A stretch of 64,000 nt of DNA from Utricularia gibba (GCA_002189035.1 NEEC01000016.1:1240001-1304000), one strand, 5' to 3'. Numbered from the stretch's first letter, positions 23,935 through 37,824 are shown. The notes: generated by a model not told the origin, from the letters alone. A program made the numbers and translations.

Positions 23935-25144
23935 TTAGAGATTTCTCCCTCCACAGCCTGCATTCATGAAGAGGGCTTGCTTTAAGTCTTCACAGCTAAC
24001 CAAAGGGCCACTCCCAGCAACCTGAGAATGTAAGATTTGTTACTAATGACGTGAATGGTTTTGTTGATGGCAGAAGAGGAACTGCGTGCATACTTCAATA
24101 CAAGAAGCTCGGAAAGCGAAGTCATTGAAGCAGCTGATGACACACTGTTCAACATCAAGGCCTAGAGAATCAAGTGTGCTGAGTGTTGACAACAAAAGGC
24201 CCGGTTTGGGAGCGCAGCAAACTTCGATATGCATCTCATCGTTTTGCCGGTTTACTTCGAACTGAGAGCTGTCAAAGATTAATGCCTGTTCTCATCATAG
24301 ATCTGCTTGAAAAATTATGAGGTTTGTACCTTGGGTGGGCTTCTTGCTAGCAGCTCATTCATAGATTGGTCCCTTGAGGTGTTGCTTGTCTGATTCATCT
24401 GTTTGTTGGTATCATCAATGCCTTCTTCTCTTAGCTTGTTGATCTTGTCATATAGCTCCTTTAAGTAATCAATTGTGTCTCCAAGTATAGATGTCCTATC
24501 CATCTGTTCAACCATAAGCATACAAAGCAACAAAGGTAGCATGTTACCACGAAGAAAACATGTTAAGTGGTGTAAATGATTGTGTATTTTGCCTTGCTGA
24601 TCTTGGGGACGATGGACCGGAGCATGGAAAGCCTGTCGTTGAGCCGTTTCCGGCGTCGCCTTTCCGCCATCAAGTTCTTGGATGGCAGCCCATCAGGCTT
24701 CTTACTTTTCCAGCTCCTTTCTCCGTACGGACCAATATCAGCTGCTGCGATCCCAACTTTAAACATGTTCACACTGTCTTCAAATTGGCTCTTGGAATTT
24801 TCATCGAACACCGTGTGCCCATTCCCCATCCCTGCTTGGTACTCCTCCTGCGCCACTTGCAATGGCTGAAAATTAACACCTTCACAAAAAGCGCCATCAA
24901 GAAAGGGCTGAAACTCCCCGAGTAAACAAGAAAAAGTAGACTCTTGCGGGGCAATCAGTTCCATGAACGAAGATGTGTAGGTTTCCGACGGAAAAAGTAC
25001 TTCCTGGGGCTGATCTAAACATGTAAAGCTCTGTGGGACTTGAATCTCATTGCAGAAAGATGAATGCAGAATCCTCGGATCCATCATCATCATCATCCTT
25101 TCACGAAGAGCGCTGTGCATAAATTGCTGCTGCTGCTGCTCCAT
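23935..25144 (-). CDS. bHLH93: bHLH93/bHLH61-like (subgroup IIIb) transcription factor; 4 exons, first intron GC-AG
   Basis: Exons 25144-24593, 24503-24330, 24261-24094, 24021-23935. PSKNLMAERRRRKRLNDRLSMLRSIVPKISK|MDRTSILGDTIDY; ACT-like IEVCCAPKPGLLLSTLSTLDSLGLDVEQCVISCFNDF; ends KQALFMNAGCGGRNL*. The ORF-track start at 25183 is a GTG. Confidence 0.92.
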
Positions 25145-27110
25145 TCCGTGTTCCTTCTTTTCCCCGGTTGCTTCGAAACCCACCTAAAGGACGTGGGGCG
25201 TTACTTCTTCTTCTTCTTCCCCCAGAGGAATCTTTCCTCACTCTATCATGTTCTGAACTTAGATATAGCTTTTTCTTCGTCATGTTCTGAACCGCCAGCG
25301 AACCGGGTCTACCTGTATTTTTTATTTTTTATTTCTAAATCCACGTGGATATTTCCATAAAAAATAAAAATCCCTTCCATTTATTAAGGGTGATTTGTGT
25401 TGTAAAAATTGATATTTAATTACATTTATATGGATTTTAAAGTGTGAAAATAGTAAGAAAATAGAATGGTGCCAAGGGAGGAGGAGATGTAGAAGCAACA
25501 GTCATCGTGAAGCGTATCTGCCCCCACGATACACACCGCCAAGGCATGCGTCGGCTTCTGGGGGCTTTTTGGCAATTTTCAATTTTCGTAGATTCCTTCT
25601 GCCCGGTCCCACTGTCCCACACCCACGCTTGATAATGGAATTGTTTTGTTTTCTATTTTTAAATAACATTTACACTTTATTAAAAATATTTTAAAGTTAT
25701 TTTCTATACATTTGTGTTGTCAAATTATGGTTTAAGTTGTTAAAAACGGGTGGTATTTACCAACGGACTTGGAGCTACCGTTTGTATAAATAATTTAAAT
25801 TTCAAAATTCGAAATTATGTCATATGTTACTCAAACTTGTTTTTTATAAATAATTTATCTTCAAATTTATAAAAATATATATTTAAATCTTTATGTTATC
25901 AAAACTAATTGATTTTGACTCTAATCTTGTTACAATGGTGAATCATGCAAGATATAAAGATAAAAACGATATAACCATCATCAATTTGAATTATACAAGA
26001 CACAAATGTAATATAACTCTGATAAACGTATCATTCTATTTGTCAATTTTCATACGCGAATTTCAAGAATGCTAATATGAAATTTTGTTGTGTTTGAAAC
26101 TACCGTCAGTTCACAATATCATTAACCGATTTACTTTTAAAAAATTTTGAAAAATTGTTTGGCTATTCGTTGACGATTGTGATAACTTGATTAATTTTTT
26201 TTACAATCTAAAACTTAAAGTTTAAACTCTTTATACTTGTCAAAACTTAAAGTGTTTTTCTTGAATTTTTATATATATTAAAAACTGATGTTTTAAATCA
26301 TGAAAAAAATCATAAATTGGTTGTGTAAATGATTCTTAGTTTAAACAGTTTCACTACACTTAAAATCATGATTAATGTTTTTTGTTTTTTAAAAAATGAA
26401 AAAATATTAAATAATTATTAAATCATAATTGAATCATGATTGAATTATCATTTATTTATTTTTTATTTTAAAACGATTCAAATTTAATTGAATTAATTGT
26501 GGTCTTATTTAAATGGGCCGGCATCAATAGGTGCAACCGATTGGGCCTGATGACCAGATGGGAGCACAATAAGCCCGGGATTGCTTCTATTGAACCGTGT
26601 GTGTGGTTCTAGGTTTTTGCTGACGTAAAGTGGACAACAAAGAAGTTGCTGTAATATTCATGACTTGTCGTATGGGGGAAAAAAGCTATTTTTAAAAAAT
26701 AAATAATGAAGGTATTTTCCAACACCCAACGGCCTTTCCATCTTTTATAGTTTCCGTGTGGACCCTGCGAAGCCCATACCCGTACAATGCACCCACATGC
26801 ACCTCAGCCTGCAATTCACTCCACCAACTCTTGGATATTCAGAAAACTTCCCCAAGGGAGATCCTTTGTGGAAAATAGTACAAAAAGAGGGGTCGATTTT
26901 GTAGTTATTGCATATTATAGGGAAAGCGTGAAATTTGGAAAATAAAAAAGAAATTGAGTTTCTTGAGGGGTTTCATGATAATTTGAAAAGTGTAGGGGAG
27001 ATATTGGGTATTTTTAAATAATATTAATATCCGATGGGAAAAGAACCATACCAGCCAGCCAAGTCAGAACGTTGCTGAGTTGCTCTCGAATCTTCGTACA
27101 CGCCGCTACG

Positions 27111-27760
27111 ATGGAGAATCAAAGCTCGTCGTTCAACAATGGCGGAAAGGTGAAATTGCTCGTCAGCTACGGAGGAAAGATTCTCTCCCGTCCCACGGAG
27201 CGCCACCTGTGCTACCTCGGCGGCGAAACCAAAATCCTCGCCGTCGATCGCCGCGCCAGGTTCCGTGAAATTGTTGTAAAACTCAATTCTCTCGCAAATA
27301 GAGCTCCTGACTCCGAGATTTGCGTCAAGTACCAGCTCCCGGCGAGGATCTGGACGCCCTCGTTTCCTTGATCGACGATGAGGACGTGGCACAAATGATG
27401 GTGGAGCACGACCGCGCGCAGCGGATCTCATCCAAACCGGCGCGTCTCCGTCTCTTCATCTTCGACACCCACGCGCCGCCCACTCCCCCACCAGCGAACC
27501 CGGATTATCTGTTCGGGTTCGATAAGGAGTATCAGCCTAGCGTTGCCCCGTCTTTGAATCTTTCGCAGATTCCTGGCGTGGATCTGGCCCACAACCAACG
27601 CTGCGGTGACAACCACCACTCCAGCAAAGAAACCGCCACCGCAACGGCGCCGGCGGCTTCCCGTCTTCCCGATGCGGCTAACGGGGGACCGTACCAAAAG
27701 GGGCAACTCCCATGCGCGGTTCCGAAAATGGGGAAATTGGCAACCAGGAGCAGCAGGTGA
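27111..27760 (+). CDS. PB1 (octicosapeptide/Phox/Bem1p) domain protein, intronless; 1-bp frameshift at ~27338-27342
   Basis: KVKLLVSYGGKILSRPTERHLCYLGGETKILAV...KYQLP then, in another frame, GEDLDALVSLIDDEDVAQMMVEHDR...RLRLFIF...PDYLFGFD; one added C restores YQLPGEDLD. Confidence 0.88.
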
Positions 27761-28023
27761 TGATCAAGATAAAACGGTTAAAGGAGTTTCTGACCGCGGT
27801 AATTTCTGTAACTGGTTTACCCGGCAGGGTGAACTTTATTATTAATTAATTCTATGTGGATATTGCAAATTCTTGATAAAAAGAACAAATTATTTTTGAA
27901 AAATATTCCAAAAATAATACTACATTAATTTTTTTTTCTGAAATTTCTAATATTCCAGAAAATTATAATTAAAAAACCTAATTTCAGATTCGTGGCCTAT
28001 TGAGGCAATTTCTAAAAATAAAC

Positions 28024-29888
28024 TTAGCTTCCGGAATCCGCCTCCTCCTCCCCTTGCTGGTCTACCTCAGATTTGGCGTACTGTTGCAAGTACTCCTTTT
28101 CGATGGTTTCCTTGAGGATGAAGAGTCTCTGAATCACAATGGGTTGACCCATCTTCTTTGCTTCCCTGATATCAGTCTCTTCTTTATTCAGGTAGTAAGC
28201 ATCGAGCATGATCGTCACCCATTTGTGCAACTCCTTGGGTGTTCTGCCCGCCACATCCACAAGTTTCGCATGGATTATGTTTTCTGCAGGAATCAAAAGC
28301 TACAGAAACACATTTCTTACGTGTAAACGGCGTTTGGTTCTCTGGTATCCAGTTCGTCTCCAGGGCAGAATGAAGTTGCTAATGCTGAGAAGCGCTCTTC
28401 GGGGTCTGTGATGTTGAGCAAATGCTTGAGCAATTTGATCTCTTTTGGGGACATGCTTCTTAAGCTACTCTGTGTGGACTTGTAAATACGGTGCATTATT
28501 TGTTTAACCTGCAAAAACAAGCACCTTGTAGTTCAGCATATCTTGTTGAAAATCGAACACCAAATCAATCTAACAAATTAGATCCTATACGCACGCAAAG
28601 TTCCACTTATCATCAAGATCAAAGGAAGGTTATCTTATATAAACTAGTTGAAATAGATTTCAACTAGTAATGTGGGATTACACACCTCTTCTCCAATATT
28701 AAATTTCCAACATATCTAACATTTTGGATTTGTGGAAAAGGATGTATCCATACCTCGGTTTTCATGGTTTTCGACTCTTTTGCGGATGCCCATGCCCCAT
28801 TTATCAGCAGAATCAAGGATGAGTCCAGTTCTTTGGCCTTGGCAAGATGTTTGATCTTCTCACAGGCCTCATCGATTGAAGGGGAATTGAGAATCTCATC
28901 AAACTTGCTCTGTGCAGTGTCCAAGGAACCGACAATTTCCAAGGTGTTATCAAAGGAACTGATTGCTGATAAGCATCTGGCTCCCAACCGAGAGATCGCT
29001 GATCCATTCACATGTACATTAAAGATTACCCCATGAACAAGACCATGAGACTTCTTACTTCATGCTTCAGAATCACTAAACAACTGATCATTACCATCAC
29101 GATCTTCCAGGTTGTCGCATGTTTCTGCTAGCAAATTGAGATGCTGAAAGAAGTCATCGGAGAAGTCTCCGCGCCGTTTAGTCACAACAGAATTTATATC
29201 CCGAGGATTGTCTTGTATCTCTTTAAGAAGCTCAGAATGCTTCTCCATTTCCTCATCAATCTGCAAAATTCATGCTTTTTCCAGTAACTATAAAAGGTTT
29301 GACATTCGGATATTCTAATGCCCCAAAAGCACAACAATCACATCATGAATCTTGCTTTAGAAACAAAGATGCAATTACCATTTTCACTTTTCTGGATAAC
29401 TCATTCAACTTTTGCTTCACTTCGGGATCTTTTTCAGCATCGGCTCGCACTGTACACCGATGATAGAACTTCTCTCGGTACTTGAGCCAATCATCCCTGA
29501 AAATCAGGTACTTTTTCCAATATTTAGGCCTGGGCTTCTCGTTCATAAAAAGATCGATGATCTTATCGCAGAATTGAGTCATTGTGAACCCATCTGCAAC
29601 TTCGGCATCTTCTTCTTCCCCCGCCACCGCCGTATCAGTTGCCCATAGCCCTGACAACCAGAAAAATAAAAACAAAAAATGAACAGGAACGTCCCAGGGA
29701 TGCGGTGAAAAAAAAACGACAGTTTCACCCCATGCTCTTCCCGATTTCCCGGTGGCTGCAGCGTGAGGAAACTGCAACGTCTGAACAAATGGAGAAGGAA
29801 AAAGTAAGGAAACTTTCGGAGCATCAAACGGTAACTCTGCTCGAAAGGTGAAGAGATTGGAGCCAAAAAATGCGAGCTTGGAAGCCAT
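28024..29888 (-). CDS. Plastid-targeted protein of the At4g37920 family; about 6 exons
   Basis: Transit-peptide-like N-terminus; FTMTQFCDKIIDLFMNEKP, IDEEMEKHSELLKEIQ, LDTAQSKFDEILNSPS, PKEIKLLKHLLNITDPEERFSAL, TPKELHKWVTIMLDAY, QPIVIQRLFILKETIE match the family as I recall it. Confidence 0.9.
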
Positions 29889-30316
29889 CGTCGTCTGCTC
29901 GCTAGGTCTATGAGATCAACGCAGCTCCTGAACCTGAAGATAGGATGAAGGAAATGCAAACGAAGCGAAAACGATGTCGTTTCCATAAACCCGCCTTGAA
30001 CCTTCTGGCGTACAAACGACATCGTTTCCATGAATAGAGAAATTTGAGGCTATTTAATGAAATGGGCCTGGCTCAAGGCCCATTTCATGATGCGTTGCGA
30101 CAACGCTAGGTACTTTTGTACTCCTTGCATCGTAAGTTGTACACTTGTATGATGGTTATGTAGCCGACGCAACAATATAGCCTCCTTTTCATTTCATTTT
30201 CCGCGGTTTATTCCTTTCTCGAATTCAAAATTTGGGGTCGCTGCAAGCAAACCCTAGCTATCTACCTATCCATTTCCATTTAGCCGGAGCATTGGCCGCC
30301 GTAGGGAGAGCGTCCA
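29889..30316. promoter_or_regulatory. Shared bidirectional promoter (428 bp ATG to ATG)
   Basis: Head-to-head genes; 13-bp perfect inverted repeat atgaaatgggcct/aggcccatttcat (30057-30088) containing two site II (TGGGCC) motifs; telo-box AAACCCTA at 30249. Confidence 0.7.
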
Positions 30317-33300
30317 ATGAAGAAAGGAGCTAAGAAAAAGGCTGCAGGCCGTGGGAGGTCCGGGAAGGAGCCGGAGGAATCGAAAGATGAGGTCGGTCAA
30401 CCATCTTGCCCGCCCCCGGAGGAGAATAACAAGCCTGATGAATCAGTGAACGCGCAGCCAGAGGAGCAGCCGGAGGAGCAGCCGGAGGAGAAGCCGAAGG
30501 CGGAGCCTAGCAAGAGCAAAAAGGAGGCTGCTAATGGCGCGGGCAAGAGAACTCGAGCTTCAAAGGCTGAGCCAGAGGAGGAACGTAAGGCGGAGCCTAG
30601 CGAAAAGGAGGCTGTAGCTGGCGCTCGCGCCCGTAAGAGAACCAGAGTTTCGAAGGCGGAGCCTAGCAAAAAGGAGGTTTCCCGGAAGAGAAGTAAGGTT
30701 TTGAAGGTTGAGAAAGAGACAGAGTATTTTCAAGAGAAACGAAATTTGGTACAGAAATTTTCATTTAGTATATTTCAGTATTATGTTGAAAGCGATGTTG
30801 AGTGGCGTAGTACGCGTATTTCACATAATAATATTTTAATATCCTTGTTTTTCATTTTGGGAATCTTTTGTGAAGGAGGACCTGTGGAAGCATGCTTTTC
30901 CAGTTGGTTTGGAGGTTGCTCTATATTTTTTTGAAGTACTTATTTCCATTTGGTAGCTTTCTGCTTCACATTCACGTTTCTCATTCTTTCAATCTGGCAG
31001 TGGGATCAGATGCAAAAGGTTTATCAGTACAATTGGAATTTCTCGAATTTGGAAGTAAGTGATCAACTTCATGTCCTGTCTCAACGTTTTATCAATGTTC
31101 TGTGGTTATAACACTACAGAATGGAGATATAATTATTCTTTTTCTTAAAAATTCGCTGGGGTACTGGCAGGATGCTTTTGAAGAAGGTGGCGAATTGTAT
31201 AACAAAAAGGTCTACTTGTTTGGCGCCACTGAGGGTGTGTACTCATTGTTGGCTCTACTCTTTTTTTGTTCTACCATGGAATTGTTTAGTTGTTGCAGAG
31301 AATGGTTCAACATAATACATGGACAGTCATCATCTATGCAGTTTTTTCTCTCGATGGTATTTTTAGTTACTTTAGTTTATGCCTTTCGCTCATCAAATGT
31401 TCTCTCTGCAGCTGAAATGCTTCCTTTTCAAGGCGAGACGATATTGGTCATGTTTCCAGTTGTTGTTGCTGTAAGTCATGAGCCTTACATCCATAGAAAT
31501 AACTCATCTGCAATTAATGGTTACCCATTCAATAAGTGAGATCCATATGTATTTAGTATACATACCATTTTGATTTGGGCAACCACTTGTAGTGGAATAA
31601 TGCTGGTTTTCAGTCAATCTGGGTGCTCATATTCCTTACCGGATTTTGGTATACGTTTGGCGATCCTGTTATCGTATTCGTTCACTGAAAGCTTTTACCT
31701 ATCCAATTCTCTGTGATTAATCGTTTGTTTTCTTTCCAACTTTTTTCTAATAGGTAATATCACCCTTCCCACCTTCTGATAAGATTGGAGTTACCTCAGT
31801 TCAATGTGAGACTGAAGAAATTATTCCAATGAAGGAGATGAAAATGGACTGGGTTCCTTATATTCCACTTGAACAGAGGTATAATTAAATGTGTTGCACG
31901 TTTTTCTTTTTTCAGTAGTATTCTCAGACACCATAACTTGTTCTGAACAGGGAATCTCAGGTCGAAAAGCTTAAAAAATCACAGATATTCATCCTAGGAT
32001 GTACTCAAAGAAGGTACATTTTTTGCAATGCAACGGAATCAGGCTTATGTTGAGCGTACTTTTTTTTATGGGAAATGTATATTCTTATGCACTTTGGAGT
32101 ATTACTGTTGGCAATGTTCTTTTTTCCAATGACTGCCTTGATATGGCCTGTTTGTTTGGTCTAATAAGATTTGTGGTTGAATTGAGTGCTACATATTGAT
32201 TGTTGCAGAGCTGGTTTGAAGCATTTAAAGGCTGACCGTGTAAAGAAATTTGAATATTGTATACCATGTGAGTAAAATCCCGAATTGATTTCTTTTATAT
32301 GTTTTTTTCTCCCACGTTCTCCAATCTTTCATCTTTTTATGTCGCTGGCATTGCTTCTTAAGAAGTATGTTTGCATAATGTACGTATTTTTCCTTGAGTT
32401 GGGGATGAAAATGGGTCGTAGTTACATTCTACAGTAGTACATGATGTAAACATTCCATTTACCATCTTTTGCAGACTTTTACAACCCGCTAAAAGAAGAC
32501 GAACTTGAACAGAGTACAGAAGTGGAAATCCTATTTCCCCTTGATCCTCAGCCTGTAAGATCATGCACGTGGTGCAAATGCCCCCCCTGTACATCAATTC
32601 ACAACTGCAAAGATTTTTCCCACAGTGCGTGGGTGGTTTTGCTTGTTTCATAATATCGAGGGCTACAATTGCAAGTTAAGTTAATCTTCGTTTCTGCAGC
32701 TTGTCACCTCCTTTGATTGGGAAATGGACCAGCTCAGCGTACGTTTCTTTCTTCCAAATCCTTATATGAACACATAAGCCCTTCCCATCATGTGAAATTG
32801 ATACATATGCAGGAGTTTGTCGATCAACTTATCGAGGATGAATCACTTCCTGCTGACCAGAAAGATCCCTTCAAGGTAATCTCACATCCGCTTCTCTATC
32901 TGCACAATCTCCTTTTCGTCTTATGCAATTCCTTGATGCTGGTCGTTGCTGTGGTTGTATTAGGATTTCATCAAGCAAAAGGTCCGTGAAGCCAAGAAGT
33001 CAAATAATGAGGTACGGCCAAGCGAACATTAGTGTCTGCATTTTGACCCGCCCTGCGCATACTGATCTCTGCATCTATCTCGTAGGCCAAAGAGGCACGT
33101 AAAAAGGCTCTAGAAGAGATGAGTCCTGAAACAAGGCTTGCTTACGAGAACATGCGGTTCTACAAATTTTACCCAGTTAAATCTCCTGACACTCCTGATT
33201 TGTCTGGAAAGAAGGTGAATGCTCCCTCGTTTGCATATCCTGTCCCTCGGCTGTGCTTCATTCATCTAATTTTCATACATTGACTGCCCTGTTCCTCGTT

Positions 33301-33358
33301 CGCGTTGCAGTCTTCCTTCATTAATAGATACTACGGGAAGGCCCACCAGATCTTCTGA
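30317..33358 (+). CDS. HIT4: HEAT INTOLERANT 4-like chromocenter protein; about 14 exons
   Basis: Lys/Glu-rich N-terminus, EYFQEKRNL|EDLWKHAFPVG, WDQ...NWNFSNLE|DAFEEGG, SPFPPSDKIG, MKMDWVPYIP, RVKKFEYCIPYFYNP, FDWEMD, MRFYKFYPV, FINRYYGKAHQIF*; GT-AG junctions in phase. Confidence 0.9.
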
Positions 33359-34078
33359 TGTTTCAGTGCAGAAGGGATTTTTTTTGGTTACCGTATGTCG
33401 AAGATGGATGCAACTCGCAGAGTCTGTTCTGGTACATGACACGGGTTATTGTCCGTCACTCGCACCAGTTATGAACTTAAAAATGAGGTGAACGACGAGA
33501 GAAGGTTCTGTTGGCCCCCAGATTATTTTGCTGTTGTAAGAGATGTAATGATTTTTCATCCCGATGTGTTTCATCATTGTTTGCCAAGTCCAAAATGGTT
33601 CAGAATTCGTTGAGCAAAAGCGGGATCGTCAGTGCTCGATCCTATGAGGTACTCTGCCTCCCTCTTTCATGATAATGACGCATTATTTTATTATTAGTAT
33701 GATTCCCTTCTCCCCTTTTGTAATTTCCCAACGGAAGTGTTGAACTCCTCGCGAATGCGAGGTTCGGCACCGGCGCTGCAAGTGCGCATTCCCCCCTCGC
33801 TGGCTTGACGATTAGGTCGTCCACTGGGTTCACGAGCCTATTCGTCATCCATCAAGATTTATTCAGCTTCAGGGCTGATTCTCATAACTGCTTTATATGC
33901 ATTACTGCCAGTCAAAGGGGCTTCATAGCATCAGCATTCAACAATTGAGTTAATTTGAAAAATACCAAAGGGGAAGTTTCAGAGCAGAGGGATCACACAG
34001 CGCCACACAAAAAGGAGGCTGTGCTCGCATCTGCTCCATTTACAACACGCGTCTGGTGTTCGGCCATTCTTAGTCTCG

Positions 34079-34826
34079 CTAATCTCGCCGCTTCTTGTGG
34101 GAGTTTCTGGAACTGGAGTCAAAGCCAAAGCATTTAAAAATGGCTTTCATGTAGCTGCACGGATGAACCTGGCCGCGGAAAACCTGCAGAACTACAGGAT
34201 CCTTCAGCGAAGGAGGAGACTCATCTCCGTCCTTGTCTTCTTCTGTAACCAAGTAGTCCCCTATTCCTTCACCCCCCTCTGCAACATCCTCATCCTTCAC
34301 AAAAAAATAAAATAATATATACTCAGCTTCTCTACACTCATAATAAACTGCATTACTCCAACCTCACATTCTCATCACCTAAATAAGATCTCAATACTCA
34401 CACCAAACTTTTACCAGTTTAGTTTCTCAAGGGCTGCAAAAAAAGCTTCTGAAAATAAGGAACGGAAAGCAAAAACCCTAGTGATAAGGCGATTTGAACA
34501 ACAACCACAGTCGAGAATTTTTCTCGTCCGGGAATGCAGGAACCTTTTAAAAGGTCCTGATCTGTGTCTGCTGAGATAGAAGAAACAGGCAACTTCGATG
34601 TACTAAAGGGAAGATGCCATTGAAATGGACGGACCTTGATCAAGGAATTTGAATCCGCCGCAGCTCCGCTGAGGAGCGGTGGTGACGGCGACGGCACGGC
34701 GTCAGACGTAAGAAGAGTAACACCAAAAAAGAAAAAAACGAAGAGAAGAAACATGACGACGAGTTGGATCCAAATCAACCATGGGACTTTGAAGCTATCG
34801 AGGATCAGCTCATCCCCAAACTCCAT
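34079..34826 (-). CDS. Uncharacterised single-pass membrane protein (PWLIWIQL...HPC...FKCxG type)
   Basis: Exon 34826-34635 MEFGDELILDSFKVPWLIWIQLVVMFLLFVFFFFG...IK|GT and exon 34294-34079 DEDVAEGG...VHPCSYMKAIFKCFGFDSS...RRD*; phase-0 join; an additional micro-exon is possible. Confidence 0.7.
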
Positions 34827-37824
34827 CTTCCTACTACTCTCACAGAGAAAATTCACTTTCTCACGAAATTGACGACCAAGGGGAGAGAAGGTAGTAGAAG
34901 AACTGAGGAGGCGGCGATGGGGTCCGCCAGAGAATAAAACACTCGCTGGCTTCCACGACGCTACGACGCAGAAAGCAAGAAGATTACCAGCAATTTCACT
35001 TTAGGCCCTTGACTTTAGTATCAATAGCATATAGGTACTTCAAATCTACGATAATTCTCACTTACGCCCCAGAAATACCTACAATTTTCTCCGCCGGCCT
35101 TCCGGATACTCTTTATGGACCTAAGTCCTCTCCACAACTAACACTGCAGCTTTTCTCAAACGATAATTCCCAGATACATCACTTATCACCGTCTATCCAC
35201 AAACTCCACCCAATTTTTCAACACCGTAAATCCAGCAGAACCAGAGGTCTCCGAATCGAATTATTTCATCACTACAAATCGGATCCAGCAATGAGAAAGT
35301 AGATATCATAAATGCAACAGTTGAAATCAGTGCAGACAGCGGAGACGACGTCCTACATTTGTGCATTCAAAATTCTACCACCATATTCACGAAGGTATAG
35401 AACCTGATCGGCTGTGGAGATGAAGCCGATCCATCGGTTTCCCACGGCGCGGAGTTGGAAATGAAATCTCCTGGGCCGATTTCTTCGGCTCCCGGAGATA
35501 CATTTCGTTTTGGAGAAATTCCCATCGATGCCAACAGTTAGCACAACACGAAACAAGAAGACGGATTACTGGGCCTGGTTTGGGCTTTTCAAGCGTCAAT
35601 TCATGGGCCACCTAAATTAAACAACAAAATATTAATTAAAATGCTTAAAAAACAGAAGAAAAAGATTTTTTAGCTACATAATTAGTACTTCTTAATAGTG
35701 AAAAATGAACCCGGTTTGGTTCGTTTGGGACTTCCGTCGAACAGGAGGCAGGCGCGCAAAACTGAACCCCAACCGAGATACTCCAGCAAGATTCATCCAA
35801 AAAGGCAAGAAAAGATGGCCGGAAACAGCCGATTTTTAAACCTGAGGAACGTCGGCGGCCTGGCGCTCGGCCACATAAATCAAACCCCGACTAGACTGCA
35901 TTACAATGCCAACAGTTGCGTCGTCGCGGTACTTTCTCCTTGCGTATCATACATACTTCCAACATCTCCGGAATAGTGTGATTTTATTGAATAATGATAC
36001 AAAAATAAAAAACGCACAATGTGCGCGTATCATTAGTGTCCACGATATTGACGTGTCGTTGAGCTCTTCACGCGCTGACTGCCGCGTGTGATTTGATGTG
36101 TATAAAATTTGAAAAACTAATTAAGTTCAATAAAAAATATACTTTATGTTGATTGCTAAATGTTTGCCTATGTTTTGGAATTAGAGGATTAGGGTAAAAA
36201 TATTTCAATTTATTTCAATCTAGATAAAAAATGATGTAATGAAATTAATTTTTTATATAATGTTTAATTAATGGGTAAACGAGAAGAGAGATGCAATATA
36301 TACATCATTATTCTTGAAATTAAACAAAACTTTCTTAATCTAGAGTTTATTTGAATCAATTAGAAAAGCAGCCATGTATCATAGGGTACGTTTAAAAAAC
36401 AATCATCTTATATGTAAATTCTTTATCTTAGTCTACATGAGATAACTTTTCTAAATAACTTGAATTTATTTAAACCTAAATACAACATACTTTTTGAATA
36501 AATTTATGTTAAATCTTATTAAAATACAACACTAGGTATTTTCTAAACCTATGTGGTACATAGGTTCAAAAAACTAACCACTGCACTAATGAGTAATGAC
36601 ATTTTTGTGCTATTTTCCCTTCTACAGTAGACTTATTATGAGTTTGTTTTTGATTGTTGAATCCGTTGGACACGCATATATTCTAAATTCATGATAAAAA
36701 CCCATAGTATTATTTATATATTAGAAATTTAAATACAAAAGACCCAATATTTATATATAATTCATGATTCAACTCATATAATATACACATTCGGCAGGAA
36801 TTTATTTATGTGGGTTCGTGTTAGGAGCGATCACATCAAATCCGATAGTTGGACACTGCAAAAGCTGCTCCCCTACTCTGCTCCTATCTGCAATAAAATA
36901 CGAGTAAAATACGAATTTCCATGAATTTGGACTCCGGGCCCGGAGTGGTTGCCGTCGGTGATGGTTTGATCTCAGCCAGAGACACGCATCGGGCAATTAC
37001 TTGCCGGCCCCCCTGAGTTTTATCACATGACCCATCCATGTTCTCATCTCCTCCGCCTCCGGTCAAATCCCGCCATCCATTCCCGGCGCAACCCACCCCC
37101 TACCGCCAAATCTTTTTATTTCAAAATCCAATTTATTCAAATTTATAATTAAATTACAAAATAAAATGCTTGTTATTCATATTTTTATGATTTGTAAAAT
37201 ACGACTATTATCATTTTAGTTATATTTATCTAATTAATGCTCTTCATAGGAATATTTTTATATTGTATATAATAATAATTTAAATAAATTTATTTATTTA
37301 ATAATTCAAATAGATTATTAATTAAATTAATACTTGAAACTAACTGTTGATATCTTTTTTTTGTATGAGAATAAAATTTTTGGTTAAATCCACGTGGCAT
37401 GTTATAAAATGTTTTCAAGGGAGTTATTTTTTGTATGCATGTGGAGGTCCACTTTGACTTGACTCGGTATTAATTTAAAATATTTTAAATAAAATTAATT
37501 AATATAATATTAATTCAATAAAAATATGGAACCTGAAGAGGAAAAACAATTAATCGGATGAATGTGATTGAAAAAAGGTATATTGAAATCCTAAATTGGT
37601 GAATTATTAATTTGAACGTCATGAACAAATTATTTACTTAAAGAGGAAATTCATGATTAAATTTATCACCATTTCGTGCTTTTGATTTCAAAATCTGATT
37701 ATTTTTTATAATAAATTATTTTGTTACTAATCACCACTATAAATTCCGCCCATCAATTCCTTGAGTCCATACCAACTTTCAGCCTCAGCTTCTGTAGTGT
37801 GAAGTGTGAGGGAGGTGTACGGCC

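Noticed and set aside
23300-24000. Possible miRNA precursor (tggagagcaagcagggtg vaguely like miR164)
   Set aside because: No match to conserved miRNA sequences I recall and no long fold-back; part of the region is the bHLH93 last exon and 3' UTR
35200-35270. Minus-strand GTGATGA C-box suggesting a C/D snoRNA
   Set aside because: No properly placed CTGA D-box or terminal stem
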